Shown piece by piece: positions 39,664-52,397 of a DNA stretch of 64,000 nucleotides. The DNA is taken from the NCBI RefSeq assembly GCF_964204645.1, contig NC_134028.1:4960001-5024000 (forward strand). The letters run 5' to 3'. The notes beneath the pieces are model-generated. The model had not been told where the DNA came from and ran no database searches. It saw only the letters and a list, made by a program, of their open reading frames with translations. The DNA comes from Tubulanus polymorphus (taxonomy: Eukaryota; Animalia; Nemertea). Position 1 is the stretch's first letter; each line of letters starts with the position of its first letter. Made by a program: the position numbers and the translations under genes.

Positions 39664-42600
39664 ATGGAGATTGTTTATGTTTATACGAAGAAACGAAATG
39701 AATTTGGACGTCAGTGTAATTTCTCAGATCGGCCGGCTGAGCTTCACGTCGATATTCTGCCGGACGCAACTTTATCAGAGAACTTTGTCGAGCGAAATCC
39801 TTGCGATACCGGGATACAATGTGTTCAAGAGATGTCCGAACATGAGGTAGAATGTTACTTATAGTTTATAAGTCGTTGTATCGCTTTATATTATCTCTCT
39901 ATTTTCGGGTCATAGTTTGTATTTCATATTCAATTTGGTCTATGTCAAGTTAAGTCATCATATTTGGAAAAGTCACTAAACATAACAATCATAAAAACTA
40001 CGACAACTTAATTCTTCATAAAACTTCATAACAGGCATTAGATTCGTTCCAGTCGGCTGTGGTTGATCCTACTCCTAAAAAACAGGGTCTAGCACTGAAT
40101 CATAGCCTATGAATTAAACTTACTGATTTCGTAATATTTAAGGTGAACACTGAAAGATTTGAAACTGATACTCGAGGCATTAATCACACAGAAGGAGGAT
40201 GGCCTAAAGATGTCAATCCACAAGAGGTTGAACAGGTTATTCGTTTCCGGAAAAAAGTTGAGAAAGATGAAGTTTACATCAACACAATTCAACAGTTAGG
40301 AGGAGTGAGTATCATTAGAAATTATTTAGTAAGTTGAAATATCACAATTCTATTTGATTTGCTAATTCTTCATGATATGTTTTTAGGTGATGGAACACTG
40401 TATTCGACAAAACAATGCTATTGATATTTACGAGGAATATTTCGACGATATTGAATCAGATTTATCTGAGGAGCAACCATCGGCTAAAACTATTAATGTT
40501 TTCAGGTGAATATTTCGCCAATTCTGCAGAAAAACATTTGGTTAGATTCATATTTAATTCTTTGGTTGTTCGGTAAAACAATTGTGAAAATTGTTGGTGA
40601 ACGATGCCACAATTGGGATGATCTTAAGTTTATTACCTGGTACTTTGACAATATTGAGATATATCTGAATTCCATCTTCAGAGAAACAATTGAATGTTGC
40701 TTTTAGAAAAAATGTGGATAATTCGTTATATCCATGAGAATTCATTAGTTTCATCCATTAAAACTATTGATATTTATTCATAGAGATCCAAATGAAATCA
40801 AAAGAACCGCGACTCATATTTCGTGGTTCCCCGATGGTCCACGAAAATTAGCTATTGCTTACGCTACAATGGAATTTCAAGGAGCTTCTGCAGATACAAG
40901 CATGGACTCTTACATATGGGATGTTGGTATGTGAACTGCTGTATTTGATTGAGCTTTCGATCTTTGTCTTAAGAAGATATTTCATGATATTTCGAATGTT
41001 CTATCATTTCAGAGAACCCGAATAAACCAGAAATGACGCTGAAACCTGTTTCACCACTTGTTTGCGTTGAATATAACCCTAAAGATTCACATGTATTACT
41101 GGGAGGTTGTTATAATGGACAGTTGGGTATGTAATTCATTTATAGAATTAACTAATCTTACTGGAGAATCAACGGCAACTGACCTGGAAAACTCATAGAA
41201 TTTAACAAATTTTACCAAAAGCCTAGCAACCTGAGGGAATTCAGATAATGCTACTAACCATATGTTTCTTTATCAATACGTGATTCAATGAATGAATTGT
41301 AACATTTTAAGCCTAGAAATCTCTCACTCAGGGAATTTTGTGTAATCACAAGGAAAATCTGGAAAAAAACTCAAGGGATTTGTAAGAGGGCGGAAAGTGG
41401 CCGCCCTGATCAAGTGGAATAATAATTTCTATGAGATTTTTTTCATCTTTATCAATTTACAGCGTATTGGGACACAAGAAAAGGTTCACAACCGGTAGAA
41501 ATGTCGCCTATTGAACACAGTCATAGGGATCCTCTTTATAAAGCTATTTGGATCCAATCTAAAACCGGTACAGAATGTTTCTCCGCCTCGACTGATGGTC
41601 AGGTATTGTGGTGGGATATCCGTAAACTCGGTGAACCGACTGAAAAACTGATTTTAGACCCAACAAAAAAACAAGACCCGACGAAAGCGCAAGGATCAAT
41701 GTCTTTAGAATATGAACCGACGATTGTAAGTTGATCTTCTTTAAGATACTATGTTATATGAAGTCTTCGAGAAGCGTTCTATGATCTTTTGTAAATTTTT
41801 CAGCCCACGAAATTCATGGTCGGTACCGAACAGGGAACTATATTATCGTGTAACCGTAAAGCGAAAACTCCAGCTGAAAAAATAGTCAATGTTTGGGGAG
41901 GACATCACGGACCTGTTTACGCATTACAGAGAAATCCTTTCTTCCCTAAAAATTTCTTGTCAGTCGGTGATTGGACGGCAAGGGTAAGTTTACCGATGAT
42001 ACTTACACTTCAGAATATGTCGAAACCTTGTTAGCACATTCTGTTAATTTACAGATTTGGTCTGAAGATATTCGAGATTCTTCTATTATGTGGACTAAGT
42101 AAGTACAGAGAAAATATGAATTCCCTTAAATTTCTGAAGTCTTTGCAAAAGTCTTGCGAACATTTATCTCATTACGGCATGTATTTGTAGATATCACATG
42201 TCATATTTGAGTGATGGTTGTTGGTCGCCGATAAGACCTGCTGTATTCTTTACTACTAAAATGGATGGAACTTTAGATATCTGGGATTTCTTATTCAAAC
42301 AAAATGATCCAACATTAAGCATTCAAGTAAGTCAAAAACTTTTAGCTGTAAGGCTTCATTTTTTGTCTTCAATCTTTAAGTTTTAAATGTTTGAATATTT
42401 ACAGGTTTGTGATGAACCTCTGTACAGTCTACGCGTGCAGGAGCAAGGTCGTCTGATAGCTACAGGTTCACACACAGGAACAACAACTCTACTGGAAATG
42501 TCAGACAGTTTGTGTACTTTACAACGAAACGAAAAGAATCTTATCACTGCTGTAAGATTATTAACAACTGATGCATATTGCTAAAATTATGAGAAATTTC

Positions 42601-44454
42601 TGAAATTTATCATTTGATTCAAAAACTCATTCCAAAAGCTTCCATACAGAAAATAATTTTCTAATGAATAAATCTGAAGGCGTTTCAACTGGAAAATTTG
42701 GGTACCTCTGAAAAATAATATTTCAAAGCCAAGAACACGTGAAGCCCTTCTGCATCCAGTTCCACAGTAATAGCTTAAGTTGGATAATGATTCTTTGCCA
42801 TTGTTAAATCTTAACCGAGGAATGTTGATCTGAACCGGGGGTTATCTCTGAAATATTCATAAATATTTCCTTGTTGTAACTGATTTTATTCGCTCAGTGT
42901 TTTGAACGAGAATGTAGGCGCGAAAAAATATTAGAAGGTCGACATCGTGAAATGAAGTTGAAAGAGCGGGAAAAAAGTGCCGGCGGAACGGCTAAAAGAC
43001 CGGTAAGAATCTCGATGACACTGATTGTAATCGATCCATGTTTCTCTAAAATAGATGTTAGAACGAGAAACGAGAAGAGAAAAAATTCTCGACGCTCGAC
43101 ATCGCGAGAATAAACTGAAAGAACGAGCTAAAAGTGGCGGAGGAGAGAAGGTATTTCACCACGGCACGCGTCTGCTGTTCGGTTTGCGGTTCACATTCGT
43201 TTTATATTTTTGTCTCTAACACGTTTGAAGTTGCTGTGACTGCCACCTATATTCATCGGGATTAATTAACTGCATGTTTGTTTGTTTTTTTTTGCATTTT
43301 TTAATAATCGTGCCGTGAGACCTCGTTATAACGAACTGGATAGAATACGACTAACTGTAAAGAGTTTCACTTCATATCCTGAGTTCATTACAACGAGGTT
43401 CCACTATTTAACATTTTTGCCAAGTTTTATTCATGCAATTGTTATCGCGGTTTGCGTGCGGGTTTAGAATTTTTATCTCGCTAAAAATATATCGGCCAGC
43501 TTTAAGTGAATTTAAGAAAAAATACTAACCGAATATTTCAGATGGATTTGGTGAGTTGTTAGATAAGAGCTGTTTATAAATTTACATTTTGCAAGTTTTT
43601 GCACTCACAATACCAGTAACAGAAATTTTTGCTTGATAATCGCAATGTTTGGAACCACAAAACTTGGATTCTAAGGGGCTGTCCATAAAAGACATCCAAG
43701 GTTGAGGGGGGTATATGGACAAGGGAGGAAGAGGGACATTCTGTGGACAACGGAGGAGGGGGTCGAAATTCTATAGTGGATGTTTTTATCTAAGTTCATA
43801 ATAGCCTTTAATTTTCATAAAATGTTCAGTATTAGGTTATATTTTATCATCTTCCATTTTGATTTCTGGAGATGATTTTCATGCATCATTTCACAGCCGT
43901 CGTTGAACTGGTTATTTTTCGTTTGTTTTCATCGGCGTTCAGGAACATGAAGAGGAAGGTCAAGAAGAGGAGGGAGAGAATCTGGTTGATAAAGCTGAAC
44001 TTGACTTCTTCCACATGATCGACCAGGAGAAGAAAACTCGTGAAAAGAAAGAAGCGGCGAGAATGGAAGCCGAGAAGAAAGATGAAGAAAGTAACAAGGT
44101 AATTTTCACATTTCAATCACTTTACATTAGAAGATGACAGTTGCTTTAATTTGGATTAAGTTGATGACACTGCAGTTCTAATCATCACTATGTCGAGTTA
44201 TCCACTGGTAAATTTTAACCAATTTTTGATCCCTGGTCAACTTAAAATTTAGATTAATTTCCTCAAATTATTATTCTTTAGAACATAATTATTGAGGAGG
44301 AAAAAGAGGACGAAGAACAAGATTCCGGAACGGAAAAAGCTGATGCTGTGAGTAAAAAAGAAACTCTGATTTATTTCATTTCCAAAAAAATAATTTAGGA
44401 TTTTAATTAAAAGTTGTTCACTGATTTCAGGAATCACAAGAGAAAGAGCAGTAA
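39664..44454 (+). CDS. DNAI2: Axonemal outer-arm dynein intermediate chain 2 (WD40)
   Basis: Exons 39664-39846, 40143-40304, 40387-40505, 40784-40926, 41013-41126, 41463-41725, 41804-41983, 42055-42098, 42191-42326, 42405-42551, [42898-43002 or 43055-43150], [43542-43550], 43943-44098, 44282-44347, 44431-44454. [59 protein letters not shown]. Confidence 0.96.
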
Positions 44455-45500
44455 TGAAAGTTCTATTGGAAGTGATGTGATATTTATAAGCGTAAAAGGT
44501 TGAAACTTTGAGATAGAAATTGGTGTTACTTCAATTCCCTATACGTAGGGTGTTTCGTTGATGCATATTTCATTGTAAATTTCTGATTCCGTCCAAATAT
44601 TTCGATTCAAAGAATTCTACTGTATTCAAGTTCGTGTTTGTTTATGATGATTATAAATATGTTTTGCTGATGATTTATGATGCGTGCAGCTGCTGCTGTC
44701 AAACTCGCCAGATCTTCTTTTTGTTTATAGAAAATTATTACATGTATTTACAAATTTGTTTTTATAACATAAATAAACAACAACAAATGAACAATCTAAA
44801 TCTATTTCTGATCACTTTTTCTGCTGTTTACACGCCTGATTGTCAGCCTCAAAAGCTCCATGCCGATATAGCTACCATCCATACATCCACTTTTCGGGGA
44901 TTTATTAAGATCTTTATCGCTTTTTATTGCTACTAAAATAACATAATTGCTTTATGATGACAGCTATCGGGAGAGTAAAGCTAGTTAGCAGCATAATGTA
45001 TATGTATCAATCGTCTTTATTTTTCCCCCAAAAAAATCATACAATCGGTTTTTTAAATTCGTCGTTTTTAATTTGAATGTTACGGTGTAATTCATTCAAT
45101 ATTTGATTATATTTGAAAGGGCTGACAAGGCTACTTGGGGAGAGGCCGCCACCCGATTATTCAAATATCAACGAGAATCTCATCTCTCGCATCGAAGTAA
45201 CTATGTATTTTTGAAATCGGAGCCGCTCGGTCAAAAGGTCGCACCGTGTGCAAGTTGTACCATGTTGACAGAGAATTTCAGATTTTTGGTACACTGCACT
45301 ACTTAGTCAAAATCCGAGTAAATTATGGAAGCCCTGAGACGACATTGCCAGTTGCCAGTTGCCAGTTGCCAAAAGCTTATTGTTTGCTAGCTTTCCTTGC
45401 TTGCTTGAGTACCTATTCTGTCTTCGAAAAGAAAGGCTCAAATAAATTTTTTTCTCTTACCAATCTTATCCATAAACAAACATTTACATGAACGCCATTG

Positions 45501-45769
45501 AAATATTTTGGAAAAAACAGATACTATCATTTTAAGACTGAAAGCAAGAAACGAAATTCTTAATATGGACTAGTTCCTAGATTTACATGATGACACCGTT
45601 TAATCCAGTATCAAAATTAAAGAAAGAAATTTGGGTTTTTCAAATTATGAGTGGTAAGCGCAATGAAGTTGTTGGCAGAATTTCCAGAGGATCCATGCTG
45701 CAAGTAATCTAAAAAGCCTAATATGTCTCCACTCAATTGAATAAGAATTTTTATGAATTAAAATCTGTC
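45501..45769 (+). repeat. ~270-bp dispersed repeat, copy 1 (copy 2 at about 59956-60225)
   Basis: Near-identical sequence AAACAGATACTATCATTTTAAGACTGAAA...GAATTAAAATCTGTC in both places. Confidence 0.85.
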
Positions 45770-47723
45770 TATTGATACAAAGAAACTCCATCGACAATCT
45801 CCTTGCCTTAACGTCTGCTGAGGAGACCACCAATTAAGCATTCAAAACGCTATGAAAGCCTGGGTATAGACAAATTCGAAAAGTCTGCATGCAAACCCAG
45901 ATGAAATTTGGTCAACCTTCCGAACAATGACCAAACAACAGTCTAAGACGAAAGACCACCGCGTCATCAAAAATCTTAATAGTTAACAACCAGGGCCCAT
46001 AGGGCTGACCGCGCGTTAGTACGGGACTTAGTTTGTGTTACGAGCGTGAATTGACTCAATTGAACTGGCGTTTAGTAAATTCCCTGAGAACCACCCACGA
46101 TCATTCGACTGTGACCATGTGAAATCTATAAGCACACAATCGCGTCAATGTATTACGACATGCTACTGCATGAAACATAATGTGATTCATATATACCTTC
46201 CACAGCCAAATCTCCAATAGTTTACCACAAATTCCAAACCAACCTCATTGGAATATATCTTTCAGGGTCGGTTTTGGTTTTTTAATGAGAAATATTGAAA
46301 CAGGCATACTTTCAATATTATGGAAACTAATGTTCAAAACATGTTTTTTTTTTTTAAATCAGATGTGTTTGCTTTTATCCATCGACGCTTCCTCAACGGA
46401 TTTCTTCCCAAGATTCTGATAAAATGGCCACCCGTCCTTGATGTAGACTTCAGGTGCTCATTTTTATGGCACTGTTTGAGTTTTATATGAATCTTAACGT
46501 GAACAAATCTACGCAGTGTGATTTGAACTTCTAGACATTCCCTGAGATGCTATATTCTCTCATTCGACCACACTCTATTAAGTCTAGCAATTGAAATTCT
46601 GATATATTTGCCTAGATCTGCCCTCGTGGTGTAATTAGCTTCAAGCCCAAGCTACTTCAGGCATGTGATATCCTGCACTTTTGATATTTTCCTTTTCGAT
46701 TTTGTTTATGTTGCGTCAAGGCTTTTGTAGTTGGATAATGTAAGCCTACACGGTCAGGCCTACCTTCTTTGCTTACTTTTTCCATTACGGTACGGTAACG
46801 CAATTAACCAGGCACTGAGAGGATAACCTAATTGTTCCTAACATCTATTACCCGAAGATTGTTTCGCTGCTATCTTTCAGTGAGCCAACGAGTTGTTGTT
46901 TGTGAAATCTGAATTTGAACATAATTTGTATTTTGAATTTTTAAACTATTAACTTTGACGTGGAAAAAAATAGAACAATCTACTGTTCGGATAATTATCA
47001 TTTAATTATCTAGCTCTACCCCTGAAAATGGATCCAATATGATTTATAGTCTTGGGATACCACAAGACACGAACGACGTAAACTAAGCAAGATAAGTAAA
47101 CGGTAGGCCTCATGTACAAATACGGGTAGAGTATATTAATCGGTTAGTTTATGTATTCGCCACAGTATTTAGGGGCAGCACTGGACGATTGAGATTTGAC
47201 AGCTGTGGCATGCGAGCAGGTAATTTATCCGCGATCCTTTTATCCTACCCTCACAATTAGATATTAGTCAATAATCCTAGGTAATCTGTATTTAAAATAA
47301 ACATTAAAACATCGATCAAAACGGGTTTTCAACTGACGTGAACTGAAAAATCAATTCCGTTCAATAAAATATCTACATTTATGTTTGCATTTGATACTGT
47401 AAAACGCGGAATTTCTCCACAATCGTTCAATCGAGTACTAGTCTTTGACACGATCAGATGGCGTTCTCTCGAGCTCTTCAGCTTTTGCTGTGTTTCCTGG
47501 CGATCTTGTGGCGCGGTGGCGTGTGGAGTGGTGGATGGAGTTATGTGTGCGGTGGATGGAGTTGTGTGCGCGGTGTGTGCAAGAGGAGTGAATGGAGTTT
47601 ATATGTGTCGTATGAATGTGTGGTATATTTTATATCTTTATTTTTTTCATTATTTTTCTATATTATTTGTTTTTTCATTTTTTTTTCTTTCATTTCATTC
47701 GTCCCTCGCCCCCGCCCTCTCAA

Positions 47724-48345
47724 TCTCAGGGTTTCAACTGGCAGCGGCAGAGTCTGAGTTCACTAATGTGGTCTTGTTCCAGCTAGTGGCGGAGTGCTGG
47801 TGATGCAGATGTTACTACGGGGGACCTACAATCAGAATAAAATGGGGGCGGTAGCAATCTTCGACTGAGGGGGCTGTTGGATCTTTAGGTCCCCAGTTTG
47901 GTCCATTCTAGTCTGAATCTGCTGGTTCATTGCCTAAGGCTACCCATTGGCGTCTTGCTGATGGGCTCCCCGTTCACCCAGTTTTTCTCTGTCATCTGGG
48001 TGTCGGTTGTCTTAGGTGGTGTGCTCAATTCTCAATTGGGTCCCCAGTTTGGTCCATTCTAGTCTGAATCGGCTGGTTTCTTCGCCTAAGGCTACCCATT
48101 GGCATCTTGCTGATTGGGCTCCCCGTTCACCCAGTTTTTCTCTCTCATCTGGGTGCCGGTTGTCTTTTGGTGTTGATGCTTGAAGATCGGATATCCCCCA
48201 AAGCCAAAGTTGTTTGTCGCTTCCCGTCTTACTCTGATTGCGGGTCCTCCGTAGTAACACCAGTGTCATTGGCACCCCGCCACTAGCTGGGACGAGGCCA
48301 CGTTACAGAACTCCGGCTCTGCCGCTGCCAGTTGGAACCCTGAGA
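47724..48345 (+). ncRNA. Long imperfect hairpin (~165-bp arms) with duplicated structured loop; candidate hpRNA or structured ncRNA
   Basis: Arms 47724-47889 and 48179-48345 are reverse complements with a G-U bias on the + strand; loop is two ~135-nt repeats (47888-48021, 48039-48173). The repeat is certain, the RNA function is inferred. Confidence 0.55.
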
Positions 48346-50560
48346 ACCGGACTTTGCTGTTATCAGCCAGAAGTTCTGTGCTGACTTCTTTCTCTCAGGT
48401 TAGATCAAATATGATGTAAAGCCGTTAAACTATGTATTACCAGCGTCTATATGGTTGTACTTCGATTTAAGCCGTGAAACTGTGTGAATTTTATTTTTCA
48501 TCCAAGGTTCTTTCCCCTTCCATCAAAATCTTTCCCAATTTTTCTTGTCGCAGCGTATGATATCGTCTATATTGTATTCGTGAACTCTGTAATCTCGAGC
48601 ATCTTTTGTGTACTTCAAATGCATCCTAAACTCTGTATCTTCGATTTCTGATTCAGACCCCTCATCCTGGCCTTTCATCTTTTTCATCATCCACTATCAA
48701 AGTTAGATATAGTTGCAAATTTTGTCTTGTTAATTAATGATTATGTACTATTTAATTTCAGCTCATTTTAAGCAAACTTGGGGCAATGGTGGTATATCAG
48801 GGGTTGATTTTTACTAATTCCAAAATACAGGTGTTCTCAAAAAACACTTATCGTGTGGGGAAGAGGTATATGGTTTGGCTGTATATGTACCTAACCCAGA
48901 CACGAACGGAGCTGGCATAAATCTGTGGCACGATAATAGTTAATACTATTAATGATAGGGATGGTTATGAGATAATTAAAGCTTTCTCAAACCACAGTGG
49001 TCAGGCTCTGTCTGACAAACATTTTGACTTAATATATAATATGCTCTCTTCATCTTGTCATTTCGCTAGCCAGAAGTCAAACTCCGATGGTGGGAAGTCT
49101 GGTGATACCAACATCCATAATCTGACTCTGGGACTGAGTCCGATGGCACCATTGGACGTTCTAACAACATCATTACCTAGTCAACACGCGGGACAAACAA
49201 CTTGGAGGATGAATAAGGATATAACTAAGGTGAATTACTCATTAAGGTACTACTTAGATATCTACAATTAAGGTAAATTATTTTGAATTCAAGTACATTG
49301 ACATTAAAAATGTAGCTGATACATGTGTATCTGAGCACATTACTTATTTATCTGTGTCTAAGTGAACCTATTGTGTCTTCATACAGCTGTTTTAGTTTTG
49401 ATACATATTGCCAAAATCATTTAACGCAGATTTAATTCTGATCGAAGGGAGATAAAACAAATCTGTACGTGCAAAATACATTCCTGAATTTGGTAGGGGA
49501 ATACTTCAATATCACTGTGTATGTCAGATTGAGAGCCTTATTCTGACAGGATATCCTGAACTTAGGTCTTATTCCTCTCGCTAATAGCTCTCTTTTACTA
49601 ACCCCCTTCCTTCAAACTATATTCCAGCATCATGTCTTGCACCGCACCAGGGAGGTCCGGTCATAACAAGGTCTTTTGATCCTTATACACAGTGTACTGT
49701 AAAAGGGAAATAAAGATTATATTGCAATTCGGGTAAGGGAATTTCTAATTTACCACTAAAAATGTGATTTTATCTTAAGTTCTGATGAATTCAAATAGTG
49801 ATGAATTCACCACATCTGAAATTCTACTCGTGTAGGTTTTCAGGCTCCATATAAATATTGTTCGACTGACAATTAATTGTGGCTAGTATGATTACTAATT
49901 AATGGATCGCTTAGATAATTAGTTAGAATTAATTCAATATAACGAATTTAAGTTTATTAAAAATAGCGCAGTGGATGAGACGCTGTATCGTGCAATGTTG
50001 TCTGCATCTAACTTGGCCACATGTGTGTGGGATCTGTTGAATCAGTTAGGTTTTGGGGAATTCTGGGTTCGTTAAGCTAGTTATATTATCATAATCATAA
50101 GATCATTGTATATATTTTACCAGCAATATTTAAAATTACTGAAATGGATTAGAATACCATTCACTGGGCACAGATGTCTGTGGGAAGAATACATATCTCT
50201 TAAAAGTTTATTAATTGGCGATGAAGTTATTTTGATAATACGAACAAAGTTTAGCTGGGAATCGAAATGTATATAGGGGCAATTTTACTAGCAGGTTTGC
50301 ACTATATGATACTATTAATCAACTAGTCATAAAATGTACAAAATGATCTTCAACCTTGTAATATAGATATTCCAATCTCGATGTATCAAAATAGGCAGTC
50401 CCCAATCAGACGCTTGCCGGTTCAGACTGGTTGGAAGATTAATTGAAGGCACCGGAACCGAATTTCCCGTTATGTGCTTGGATTTCAAGCAAAGAATATT
50501 TATGTAAAATGGACCGCCGATCACGCAACTATATCTGTACTTCGATTTCCGATTTTGAAA

Positions 50561-50745
50561 AAACTTTACACGGAGAAAGCAAAAGTAAAAAGTAAAACTT
50601 AGACAAAATTATCTTAACCTTGTAAACTTTCGGACTATTTACATGAAAAGAAAAGCAAAGAAATGTAAAATTAGACAAAATTCAAACATTGTAAACTTTC
50701 GGACTATTTACACAGAAAAAACAACAAAAGATATGTAAAATTAGA
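50561..50745. repeat. ~65-bp degenerate tandem repeat x~3
   Basis: Recurrent GTAAACTTTCGGACTATTTACA...GTAAAATTAGAC. Confidence 0.75.
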
Positions 50746-51869
50746 CTTCCAACTTAGGAGACCCTCGGCGATAATGAACCCGGCAATCATAAAAGGTAAC
50801 TTAATATAGTTGAAATTATTGCGATAAATTCTAAATGAAATACTTTGTCATTACAGGATATCTTCTTTTAATCATTGCAGCTAAATTTCAACTATGAGAA
50901 AAACCCAGTTTGAGATCAACTACTCGTCCAAAATCGACCAACTGGAACAGCGCACAGCCAACTAGAATCAACCAACCAACTTAGATGATCCACACCGATA
51001 ACGAATCCAGCAATCATAATAGGTAACTTAATATAGATGGAGTTATTTCTCAATGAAATGTTTTGTGATTACATGATATCTTTGTTTACTCTTCAGCTGA
51101 ATCCTATCTTCATCAAACTGCCCAGCTTGAGATCAACAACAAATCAAATCTACCGATAAGAACAGCCCACACAACAATTCAAGCTTAAATCAAATGCATC
51201 AATGAACTTAGAACATTTTAACTGATACGGAACCCAGCAAACTTGAAATGTAAGTTGATATTTTATGGAAATGATAATGATGAATTCTAAATGAAATAAT
51301 TTGTCATTACAGGCTATCTTCTTTTAATCGTAGCAGCTAAATTGCGACTATAAGAAAAAACCCAGCTTGAGATCAACTACTCTTCCAAAATCGACCAACT
51401 GGAACAGCGCCATTTGCCAAATTTTTGTAGTCTCTCGTACTGTAAACAGAGGGCGCATGGGTCTGCTGGCATAGCCACTGACTAGAGATAGCCACTGTTG
51501 TCACAGTTGATACAGTACGATGTGACCCGGCTGCTGGGTCAGGAAATTCATACAAAGTCAAACGAGCGCTTGAGGTCAACAACTCATCTAAAATCTGCCG
51601 ATTAGAGAACAGCGCACAGAAGGGGCCTGAATTCTGAATGAAATATCTGTATTTACAGGATATCTTTGTTTACTCATTTTCAGCTAAATCCTATCTATAT
51701 GAAACTGCCGCTCATGAGATCAACAACTCGTTTAAAATCTGCCGATTAGAGAACAGCACTCAGAAGGGGCCAATTTGAATTGATCTCAACATCAACCAAC
51801 CAACTTAGGAGATCCTCGCCGATAGCGAACAAAACAATAATAAAAGGTAAGTCGATATACATGAAATTA

Positions 51870-52397
51870 TCTCATATAATGATACTGAATTGTTGTACCG
51901 CCAGCTCCTTCGTTACTGGATGTATTGCCCTAAAAATTTGCCCGGCGGTAGATCTCAACGTGTTTTATCGCTTGGGCATGGTTTCCATTCAAAATTATTC
52001 ACTTTCCAAATTTTTGTAGTCTCTCCTACTGTTCACAGAGGGTGCATGGGTCAGCTGGCATAGCCACTGACTAGAGACAGCCACTGTTGATACAGTACGA
52101 GCTACTGCTGCCTTTGTGACCCAGCTGCCGGGTCATGAAATTCATACATTATGAAATGATCATATCGGTACTTTACATGTTTGTTTCTATCTATAGTTCT
52201 GTAACCTTGGGCCTCCATGGGAAGAAGGTCAAGTGAGTCCTGAGATCCCGTATGGTCTCTATATGGGCACAGCTGATCACACCACATAAATTAGGCCACT
52301 TTGAAATGCCCAAATACTCAATTAACATGCAACGAAATAAAAAGTCGGAAGTTCTTCATTTAGAAATCACCCGTGGTTTCCACGGGCTTTCCACTAG
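51870..52397 (+). mobile_element. Non-autonomous Helitron (528 bp)
   Basis: 5' TC (TCTCATATAAT), 3' hairpin CCCGTGG-TTT-CCACGGG then CTAG; inserted between A and T with no TSD. Removing it restores GAAATTA|TTACGATTAATT as in the sister intron at 52742. An internal ~140-bp fragment recurs at about 51416-51553. Confidence 0.88.

Noticed and set aside
47381-47803. ORFs resembling a signal peptide plus transmembrane protein (MAFSRALQLLLCFLAIL...)
   Set aside because: Two overlapping frames stay open only because of GT- and T-rich low complexity, and no family is recognisable; not fully excluded.
47957-47990. CTGATG in the loop module as a hammerhead core
   Set aside because: Reads CTGATGG, not CTGANGA, and no GAAA follows a stem II.
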